Positions 40,386 to 47,994 of a stretch of 64,000 nt of DNA are shown here, in pieces. The stretch comes from Candidatus Brockarchaeota archaeon (GTDB taxonomy: Archaea; Thermoproteota; EX4484-205; JAAOZO01). The position numbers and the translations under genes are program-made. The notes beneath the pieces are model-generated. The model did not search any database. It was not told where the DNA came from and worked only from the letters and a program-made list of their open reading frames with translations. Every line of letters begins with the position of its first letter. Position 1 is the first letter of the stretch. Where the stretch lies: contig JAFNIV010000003.1 in assembly GCA_017601145.1 (NCBI GenBank), positions 8,769 through 72,768 on the forward strand, read 5' to 3'.

Positions 40386-41130
40386 AGAAGTATTTTTCAT
40401 AATTTTCTCTTACTGTATATTCAGCTAAATTAGATGCAACTGCTAAATGTTTTTGGGTCAGTCGTTTGCATTTAAAAGCTTTATATTTAACAATTAAGAG
40501 ATTCGAAGCATAAATTGAACAAGCTGCGATACTTCTCGGATTACTGCCTATAGCTTTGCCTTTTAGTTCATTCAGGAAATAATTGGAAATCAAGATTAAT
40601 GATTTCTTGTAATTGATTTTTTGGGATACTGGAATAACAAAAATTAGGCCCATATCTTCAAGTCTATTCATTATGGTATCAATAAAAGAAATCGGTTGTA
40701 AGATTTTATTGAACACTGTATTAGTTGACTTTATAAGAAACATATATTTAAGGACATGTCTTTTTTTAATTTTTGGATCAAAGTCCCTAACTATTTTTAT
40801 TACTTCATTAATACTCGTAGGATAATTATAAAATTTTGAGTATAAGACTACTAGCGAAACTAATAATGCCATCGAATTTATACTAGTCTTAGACGAACTT
40901 TTCTTTATTCTTAAGTATGTCTTAATTATAGCAGTGTCCATAGATAAAGGTAAGTTTAATTTTTCAAGTAATAAATGAACGTAGCGGTGTAATTTCTTGT
41001 TTACGTAACACTGAGATAAAGGATAATGTGAAGAGAAATCATTAAAAGAGAAAATAGAAGGATCTAGAGCTTGCTCTTCGATGTAAGGAGTATTATCATC
41101 GTTATTTTTTAGATATTCTAATTTTTCCAT
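40318..41130 (-). CDS. tfb: TFB/TFIIB core-domain paralogue lacking the N-terminal zinc ribbon and B-reader
   Basis: Two cyclin-like repeats. Second repeat GSNPRSIAACSIYASNLL...LTQKHLAVASNLAEYTVRENYEKY matches the TFB HTH motif. No Cys4 ribbon in the first 60 aa. Confidence 0.65.
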   Translation of the reverse strand: MEKLEYLKNNDDNTPYIEEQALDPSIFSFNDFSSHYPLSQCYVNKKLHRYVHLLLEKLNLPLSMDTAIIKTYLRIKKSSSKTSINSMALLVSLVVLYSKFYNYPTSINEVIKIVRDFDPKIKKRHVLKYMFLIKSTNTVFNKILQPISFIDTIMNRLEDMGLIFVIPVSQKINYKKSLILISNYFLNELKGKAIGSNPRSIAACSIYASNLLIVKYKAFKCKRLTQKHLAVASNLAEYTVRENYEKYFSSFVRNPPEDLLLHLSLLLSKT

Positions 41131-41410
41131 GAAAGATAGGAAAAACTAAGAAAGTAATAAGAAAATCGACTTTTTTAACCTTAGTACGAAACATGAAAAT
41201 GAAAAGTGGAGACTCTGAAAAGGTCTTTTGCAAAAATCGATAAGAAACTACGTTTTTAACCATGAGAGTAAATTTTCGATAAGCTTAAAATAGATGCTTT
41301 AGTATGCTTTTGAACGTATCGCTCAGAATACACTTTAAAAGAGAAAATATTATAAAAATTCACCTCTATTAAAGAAAAGCAATAAAAAGGCTTTAAACAG
41401 CAATTAAGGT

Positions 41411-41851
41411 TTGAAGATGATAAGGACCAGAGTAGAAACGGAATTACGAAACTTTATTGGGAAGAATGTAACTGTTGAGACTTCAGACGGAAAAAAGTAT
41501 AAGGGAGTTCTATTAAATTTTGACTCAAGTAACTTAACACTTATTCTTGGTGATGTCGAATTAGAAGGAGGACAAAAGTATTACAGGATAGTTCTGAATG
41601 GAAATTTAGTAAAAGCACTATTCCTTCCTAAAGCAATAATCGACTTGAAAGCACTTGCAGATCGACTAGAAAGAGTCTTTCCAAACATGGTTAAGTATAA
41701 CGAAGAAGCAGGAGTTATAATAGTGCTTGACAAGATAAGAGTTGATGAAAGAGGTGTTATCGAAGGCAAAGGTCTAGCTGCCGAAAGGGTTCAAAAAATA
41801 TATGAAGAGTACATAAAAGAGATGCAATCAACGCAAGAAGAAACCACCTAA
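41411..41851 (+). CDS. Sm-like protein with C-terminal extension domain
   Basis: LRNFIGKNVTVETSDGKKYKGVLLNFDSSNLTLILGDVE...YRIVLNGNLVKALFL. 146 aa. ATG at 41417 is the alternative start. Confidence 0.65.
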   Translation: MKMIRTRVETELRNFIGKNVTVETSDGKKYKGVLLNFDSSNLTLILGDVELEGGQKYYRIVLNGNLVKALFLPKAIIDLKALADRLERVFPNMVKYNEEAGVIIVLDKIRVDERGVIEGKGLAAERVQKIYEEYIKEMQSTQEETT

Positions 41852-41886
41852 ATTCTATATTTATTTTTAAAGTAAAAACTCATTCT

Positions 41887-42528
41887 TTAACTTGCGCTTA
41901 TTTTGTTTATTAGGATTAATAACTTATCATAAAGTAGTCGCGATGCAACATTATCAGGGATTTGTCCATTGGTTTCTGCTAGAAGAACACCACCTCTAAA
42001 GCCATAATATTTCGAAAGGCCTGCAATTAGCCCGGCAGCTCCGGTGATTTGACCACTAGCAAGTTTAAGTCCTTGAACGATGGAGAGTCGAAGAGTCATT
42101 AAGTCATTAGGTACTATAAAAACGCTTCTTGTTTTAAGTTCTCGTAGTGTTTGAAATCCACCTAAGGAGAACACGTATTTTACTCTTAGCCTTTTTGCTA
42201 AGTGTAAAAAAGTTTCTGCTAGCTTATACTGTTCAACTGCATTTTGCGATTGAAAAGAACCAATTAGAACTAAAATTGGTTTAAAGAAATCTTTTGAAGT
42301 GACATAATAAACATTAAAAGCTGAAGGAAAAACTACTCCGTTTTCAGAAACAATAAGATTACTTGATGAAGATTTAATTAGAATTTGATTAATTAAAACT
42401 GAATTTCCTTCAGAAACGAATAGCGATGCTGCGTTTATGCCAACGGCGCCTAACCCAGGCAAGCCTGAAACTGCTACAAGCGGCATTTCTCCAGTAAGAC
42501 CCTGTATTTTTACCACTTTACTTCTCAT
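41887..42528 (-). CDS. PAC2-family proteasome assembly chaperone-like protein (COG1938)
   Basis: PLVAVSGLPGLGAVGINAASLFV and IGSFQSQ...EQYKLAETFLHLAKRLRVKYVFSLGGF fit the PAC2 pattern from memory. Confidence 0.5.
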   Translation of the reverse strand: MRSKVVKIQGLTGEMPLVAVSGLPGLGAVGINAASLFVSEGNSVLINQILIKSSSSNLIVSENGVVFPSAFNVYYVTSKDFFKPILVLIGSFQSQNAVEQYKLAETFLHLAKRLRVKYVFSLGGFQTLRELKTRSVFIVPNDLMTLRLSIVQGLKLASGQITGAAGLIAGLSKYYGFRGGVLLAETNGQIPDNVASRLLYDKLLILINKISAS

Positions 42529-42755
42529 TTCTGTTACAACAAGCTTTCTAGAAGATTTAATTAAAGGTTTCCCAAACTTTAATTAGAATACTATTTTAAA
42601 AACCGCTTTTTTGCTCTTTTTGGGTTTTTATACGAAAAACTAATCTATAAGTAATTTTTGTATTTGCATGTTTGGAGCTTAGTCAATTACTTAATTTTTT
42701 AATGTTTATTAATGCTGCCTAAATTTGCTAGGGTTAAGTAGATGGTGAGCCAAGA

Positions 42756-42956
42756 ATGCCAAAAGAAATAAAGGATAAAAATGAATTCATAAAAATAGCG
42801 AACAACAGAGGAAAGAAAATTGTAGTAAAAAAAGTAGATGAGGCTTTCAAAGTTAAATTAAGAACTCCAAGATACTTATATGTAATTAAGCTAAATTCAG
42901 AAAAAGATGTGGATGAAATTCTTAACCAAGTTAAGCTTCCTGTAGAAAGACTTTGA
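42756..42956 (+). CDS. rpl38e: 50S ribosomal protein L38e
   Basis: MPKEIKDKNEFIKI...KVKLRTPRYLYVIKLNSEKDVDEIL parallels eukaryotic/crenarchaeal L38e (MPKQI.eIKdFL...KFKVRCSRYLYTL...KAEKL). Confidence 0.7.
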   Translation: MPKEIKDKNEFIKIANNRGKKIVVKKVDEAFKVKLRTPRYLYVIKLNSEKDVDEILNQVKLPVERL

Positions 42957-43053
42957 CATGTTCTATGCTAAATTCTGATATTTTCCGGTTCTTTTGCAGT
43001 ACTTTACCAAGGTTCTGGTTACGTAAACGGAGCTCTACTACAATATGTGAAAT

Positions 43054-44316
43054 TTAAACTTCGTAATTTTCGTTGATCTTTGGCATTATAGCTTTAGTGT
43101 CTTTCATGTTATTGTTTATTTCATTAAATAGGAACTCTATGTTTTCTCTGCTTCCATGAACAAAAAACACATACTTTGGATTTGTTTCTTTAATAAGGTT
43201 GATATAATCATTTTTTCCATTGTGAGAAGAAAAGTCAAATTGTTTTACTTCTGCATTAACTTTTACTAGTTTACCACCCATCGCTATAACTCTCTTCTTT
43301 AACAACGTACTTCCAGGTGTTCCTTCAACTTGATAACTTACTAAAAAGATTGCATTTTTTCTCCCTTTAGCGATTTCTTCCGAATATCTGACAGCAGGAC
43401 CTCCCTTCAGCATACCTGCTGGTGTTACTATTATTCCTGGCTCTCGAGTAACGTACCTTCTTTCCTGATCTGATTGTAGAATATAAGTTTTTTCTACGGC
43501 ATTAACAAATTGCTTATAGTCGTAAAGCTCCTTAGGATTATTCATGAATATTTCTGTAATCCTTTTTGCCATACCATCCAAAACAACTTTGTATGGAAAA
43601 TTGTTGGCATGAAGCACTGTAATAATTTCTTGAGCTCTACCAACCCCAAAAGCAGGAACTAGTACTGTACCTCCATCTTCTATTATTTTTCGTGATTCTT
43701 CAACAAACTTCTTTTCTACTTGATCTCTAGGAGGATGTTCTGTCGTTGCATACGTACTTTCTGTAATAAGAACGTCTATATTCTCATTGTAATTTGTATT
43801 TGCAGGTGGAACAGTTCTGGTTTTGTTTACGTTCATATCTCCAGTGTACAACATCACTTTATCTTTAAACTTCAAGAGAATTTGTGAAGCGCCTAATACA
43901 TGACCTGCATCCTTCATTTCCAAGAAAGTATTATCATTAATCTTATACTGCTTATCCTTTTCAATTTCAGTTGAATATTGAATGAATCTATTAATTTCAA
44001 GAGTTTCAAAAGGCAAATAAGTTTTTGAAACTTTTAGCATGTCCAACAATAGGATTCTAGAGAGCTCCTTTGTCATCTTAGTCATCAACGCTTTTTTTAT
44101 TCCTCCTATGAAGAATAAAGGAGCAGAACCGACATGATCTAAATGACAATGAGAAATTATTAGGGTATTGAATTCATCTGGAGATACATAAACTGGAAAC
44201 TTTATCGAATGATCAAGAGCGACGCCACTATCCAATAGAAAGCCTTCTTCTTCAGTTTTAACTAAGATTGCTGACCTTCCAACTTCTTCCACAGCTCCTA
44301 AAAATTTTATTTTCAT
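43054..44316 (-). CDS. beta-CASP metallo-beta-lactamase RNase (aCPSF2-like, no KH domains)
   Basis: HCHLDHVGS motif plus beta-CASP insertion. 420 aa. 4-nt overlap with tgtA. Confidence 0.8.
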   Translation of the reverse strand: MKIKFLGAVEEVGRSAILVKTEEEGFLLDSGVALDHSIKFPVYVSPDEFNTLIISHCHLDHVGSAPLFFIGGIKKALMTKMTKELSRILLLDMLKVSKTYLPFETLEINRFIQYSTEIEKDKQYKINDNTFLEMKDAGHVLGASQILLKFKDKVMLYTGDMNVNKTRTVPPANTNYNENIDVLITESTYATTEHPPRDQVEKKFVEESRKIIEDGGTVLVPAFGVGRAQEIITVLHANNFPYKVVLDGMAKRITEIFMNNPKELYDYKQFVNAVEKTYILQSDQERRYVTREPGIIVTPAGMLKGGPAVRYSEEIAKGRKNAIFLVSYQVEGTPGSTLLKKRVIAMGGKLVKVNAEVKQFDFSSHNGKNDYINLIKETNPKYVFFVHGSRENIEFLFNEINNNMKDTKAIMPKINENYEV

Positions 44317-45854
44317 CCTAAATCAATCTTATTTTTTATTTTTATGCCCTTCTCAAGAGAAAGCTTCTCTATAAACTTTTCGCTTAACAAACAACTACTC
44401 TTATCTCTTATTATAGTTATTTCAACTTCTTTAGACGAAAGCTCACTTACTAAGTGATTTATGACTTCCTCAATTTTTTCCTCAGGAAGAACATCTTCTG
44501 GACTAATTATCTTGTTAAAGGGAGAAGTGTAATAGGCCCAAATTGGAACAAACCCAAAATACTTATTTAGGTAGTATACACACTTTTTGTCTTCGTCAAG
44601 TTTTATATTTTCAATTATTTTTTTTACGATTTCGTTGGAAAGTTTGTCTTCTTCTATGAAAATTAATATCAATCGCTTACATTTTTGCTCAATTTTCCCT
44701 ATTTCTTTTTTTCTTAAGTAAACTATTTCAGGGCGTTCTTTAGACATCTGATCAAACATAAAAATCCCTTTTCTTTTGAAAATAGGAGATTCGTTGAATA
44801 TTTTTGGAGCAAATCGAGCTAATTCTTTAAACGCTGCAAAAGTCTTTGGATGGGACCTAGATCGAATTTCAATTAAATCCCAAAGAGTTCCTTCTTTTAT
44901 TCTTTCCTTTATTTCTCTTATTTCCCTATGAATTGTATAAAGGTTATGTTTTGCCAAAAGTTTTATGCGCTCATTTTTTTCCATTTCTTTTAACTCTTTT
45001 GGAGTATATTTACTGCATATATTGCACTCACATGGAAAATATGAAAGTTCATTTAATTTAAATGTTCCATGAGCAGTTATGTACCGATCCTCATAGGCAT
45101 AAAGTGCATATGAAGCAGAATCGAAGATATCGTAACCTAATGCTACTAAAAAACTAAGTATCATTGGATGACCTGCTCCGAAAAAATGAATTGGAATTCC
45201 GCTAGGTACGTTTGCTTTTGCTATTACACCCATCTTAATTAGTTGTGAGAAATCATACCTTTCCATAAGTTCAACAGGCGATCCTAAAGCTAGAATACTA
45301 AACCCTTTGTTTGACATTTCACGTGCGGAAAGAGATAATAGTTCTTCAAAGACTCCACCTTGTATTGGACCGACCCATAGTATGTCCCTTCTTACAATTT
45401 TTTGGATAGATTTATCTGCGTTCTCTATTGTTTTTTTCACGCTTTCTTTTGCTATTCTATAATCTTTTTTTATACCAGTAGGGATGTCCAGTATAGCGCC
45501 AATATCTACATTTAACTTTTCCTCAACTTCAACTATATCTTCGGGTTCAGCCTTTATTTTGCCGTATCTAAGTATTTGGTAACCCCCAGAATCTGTATAA
45601 ACTATTCCATCAAAGTTTAAGATTTTATGAATATCTTCAATTTCTAGTCCTTTATTTTCATATTCCTTTTTTATTAAGTATGCATTAGTCATTATTCCGC
45701 TTACTTTAAATTCATCTTTTAGCTCATTAATGGTAATAATCAACTTATTTTTATTTATGACAGGGAAGAAGTAAGGTGTTTCCAAAACTCCGCTTTTAGT
45801 ATAAAGTTTGCCTATTCGTCCATTAAGGTCTATGTTTAATATCTCAAAGCTCAT
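44313..45854 (-). CDS. tgtA: archaeosine tRNA-guanine transglycosylase
   Basis: VYTDSGGYQ, GPIQGGVF, GYDIFDSAS, zinc motif CECNIC..AKHNL. 513 aa. Confidence 0.85.
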   Translation of the reverse strand: MSFEILNIDLNGRIGKLYTKSGVLETPYFFPVINKNKLIITINELKDEFKVSGIMTNAYLIKKEYENKGLEIEDIHKILNFDGIVYTDSGGYQILRYGKIKAEPEDIVEVEEKLNVDIGAILDIPTGIKKDYRIAKESVKKTIENADKSIQKIVRRDILWVGPIQGGVFEELLSLSAREMSNKGFSILALGSPVELMERYDFSQLIKMGVIAKANVPSGIPIHFFGAGHPMILSFLVALGYDIFDSASYALYAYEDRYITAHGTFKLNELSYFPCECNICSKYTPKELKEMEKNERIKLLAKHNLYTIHREIREIKERIKEGTLWDLIEIRSRSHPKTFAAFKELARFAPKIFNESPIFKRKGIFMFDQMSKERPEIVYLRKKEIGKIEQKCKRLILIFIEEDKLSNEIVKKIIENIKLDEDKKCVYYLNKYFGFVPIWAYYTSPFNKIISPEDVLPEEKIEEVINHLVSELSSKEVEITIIRDKSSCLLSEKFIEKLSLEKGIKIKNKIDLG

Positions 45855-46078
45855 TATATTTCTTTACCAACATTAAAAATTAGATACTTTAAACGTTACG
45901 GAAGTTATGAACATGCTTGCTCTTCCTAAGCCTTAATCAGCCTCTTAATTACGTCATATGTTTCTCGGTAATGCTCCTTTAACCGCTAAGCTCCTTAAAA
46001 GCGTCCTTCTAATTCTGACAAGCACAGACATACTATATCAAACTATAACGACAGTATTTAAAAATATAAACTTATCGA

Positions 46079-46116
46079 AATTCATCCTCATAGTTAAAGC
46101 CACAAGCTTTCTTGCC
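46079..46116 (+). repeat. hairpin-containing repeat, copy A (AATTCAT..AGTTAAAGCCACAAGCTTTCTTGCC)
   Basis: 23/25 identity plus a shared AATTCAT with copy B at 58106-58141, same orientation. AAAGC/GCTTT stem. Confidence 0.6.
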
Positions 46117-46358
46117 TAAAGTAGCCTACTATTTGAAATGCCCAAAATGCCGTTAGAAATCTTGATGATTTCTGTTAGTCGCTGATGAATTCATAGTCGG
46201 TGGATTACTAGCGTTAGCTACCGTAGGTTTAGTATTGCTTGGCTTATGGTGGCTGAGCAATAACCAGAGAAGATAGCTCTTCTCTTTCTTTCAGCTTTTT
46301 GGAGTGTGTATTGAAAAACTTTATATATGAAGTCTTAGAACTGATGTTGGGATTTAAA

Positions 46359-46910
46359 ATGAGTGAAAAGAAAGTTGTAGATAGAAACGTAGCCATTGCA
46401 CTAGGAATAATATGTGTCCTTCTTGCAGTCGGTGTCGGAGCAGTTACGAATTATTACACATCAATAATAAGCGAAAAAGACAACACCATAGCTTCATTGA
46501 AGTCACAGATAGCAAGTAAGGATTCTCAAATTTCTTGGTTAAACTCTCAAATCACAAATCTGGAAAATCAAGTGAATGACCTTAACAGCATCATAAATCT
46601 GGAGAAATCAACCGTTTTGGTTTACGACCAGACTGTAAGCCAACCCGCAGGCTCATATACGTATTGGACAGTTTCCGCAAGTTATGCGGGATACGTTTCT
46701 GTTTGGGTTCAAACATCAACAACAGACAAAACATATGTTCGTGTAATATGGTCTTCACACGATGTCTACTACGACCATAGCATAACTGTCGGAGTAAGCG
46801 GAACAGCAGTTTTTCCGATTTTACCAGCTTCAAGCATAGAAATCATAGTAGGCAACTTAAATTGGCTGAGTGGAGCTACCGAAACCGTAACAATAACATA
46901 TCACTACTAA
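46359..46910 (+). CDS. membrane-anchored protein: TM, coiled coil, beta-rich C-domain
   Basis: MSEKKVVDRNVAIALGIICVLLAVGVGAV TM, SLKSQIASKDSQISWLNSQITNLENQVNDLN coil. Start moved to the ATG at 46359. Confidence 0.5.
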   Translation: MSEKKVVDRNVAIALGIICVLLAVGVGAVTNYYTSIISEKDNTIASLKSQIASKDSQISWLNSQITNLENQVNDLNSIINLEKSTVLVYDQTVSQPAGSYTYWTVSASYAGYVSVWVQTSTTDKTYVRVIWSSHDVYYDHSITVGVSGTAVFPILPASSIEIIVGNLNWLSGATETVTITYHY

Positions 46911-46960
46911 ATCGACACCTTATTTGAGAAAAACCTCAAACTGTAACAGTGAAGGAAAAG

Positions 46961-47152
46961 CTAAACCTGCACGCGCGCAGACTGCCCTTTCTCTTCGTTC
47001 AGTTCAAATGAACTTATCGGGAACTTATTTCCCTTCTTTAAAGTTGCAAGCTGTCTTTGTTTTGCAAGTTGCCTTTCAATCTCTAAAAGCGGGTAGGCAA
47101 GCTCAGCCCTCTGGAACGGCGTTAAATGGCTTTTAGGGCCTAGCCAGGCCAC
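46961..47152 (-). pseudogene. ParB-like domain fragment
   Basis: LTPFQRAELAYPLLEIERQLAKQRQ resembles the ParB/KorB helix region followed by the AKERQ motif. N-terminus missing. In frame with the upstream ORF across a TAA. Confidence 0.3.
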
Positions 47153-47163
47153 TACTTTCCCTT

Positions 47164-47439
47164 TTAAAGAAACGATGGGATCTTTACAACGCCAGCCCTT
47201 GGGCCTTCACCCTCTGCGGGGGGAAGTTCAATTTCAGCCGGCCCAAAAGGAGTCTCAAATGTCTGTTTAGTCGGTTTAGTTTTAGGTTTAGCTTCAGCTT
47301 TGGCTTCTGCGGGTTTTTTCTGGGCAGCTTCCTGGGCAGCAGCTCCCGTTAGGCTTTTCCATACGCCGTATGGGATGGACGGCCCCAGCCAAAAGGGCAT
47401 AGGCAGCAGATCCATATGTTTTCCATATACATCCTTCAA
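47164..47439 (-). CDS. hypothetical low-complexity (A/K/P/E-rich) protein
   Basis: ORF only. In frame with the ParB-like fragment across one stop codon. Confidence 0.25.
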   Translation of the reverse strand: MKDVYGKHMDLLPMPFWLGPSIPYGVWKSLTGAAAQEAAQKKPAEAKAEAKPKTKPTKQTFETPFGPAEIELPPAEGEGPRAGVVKIPSFL

Positions 47440-47676
47440 TGGACTTTGTTAATGTGAGAAATAAAGTTTTCTCAGCTTATTGACGTGAAGGTAAAAATGT
47501 TAATTAATAACAGTTTTCTATACTTTTGTCACTGTTAACGGATTCAAGCTTTGAATCACTTAATGTAAATTGCCTTGCATAACTTTGAGGATTCAAAGTC
47601 CTTCCCCGCACTTTTCACTGAAATCGGATATTTTGAAGCCTTGCGTTTTTTAACGGTTGCGAATCGAAAGGTTTAA

Positions 47677-47700
47677 GTATGTTTAGCATACTAAACATAC
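47677..47700. promoter_or_regulatory. 10+4+10 perfect inverted repeat GTATGTTTAG-CATA-CTAAACATAC, candidate operator
   Basis: Ends 18 nt upstream of the ATG of the AbrB/SpoVT-type gene. Confidence 0.4.
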
Positions 47701-47718
47701 CAATGAAGGTGCGAAGTC

Positions 47719-47943
47719 ATGAAAAATAATGAAAAGAAAGTATTAGAGAATAACCTGCGTGAAAGGGTTATTGTGAAGGGGTATATGCGCCCTGATGGAA
47801 CTTCATACTATGTTGTGATCCCTAAAGAGATAAGAGAGTTGCTTAGGCTTAAGGGCGGGGAATACTTTGTGATGAAGGCTAAGCCAGAGAAACGGGAAAT
47901 CAAGTTAAAGGTCGCGAAGTTTGTTGAAGAGGGCCAACCGTGA
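47719..47943 (+). CDS. AbrB/SpoVT (MazE-like) swapped-hairpin DNA-binding protein
   Basis: YYVVIPKEIRELLRLKGGEYFVMKA matches the SpoVT-AbrB motif. Confidence 0.65.
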   Translation: MKNNEKKVLENNLRERVIVKGYMRPDGTSYYVVIPKEIRELLRLKGGEYFVMKAKPEKREIKLKVAKFVEEGQP

Positions 47944-47994
47944 TACAATCATTTTCCCAGCCTTTCTTATCGAAGTGATGAGGAGGTCTTTTTC

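Noticed and set aside
46161-46200. C/D-box sRNA-like pattern (TTGATGA ... CTGATGA)
   Set aside because: The D' and C' boxes would overlap. No terminal CTGA D box at the right distance, and no terminal stem.
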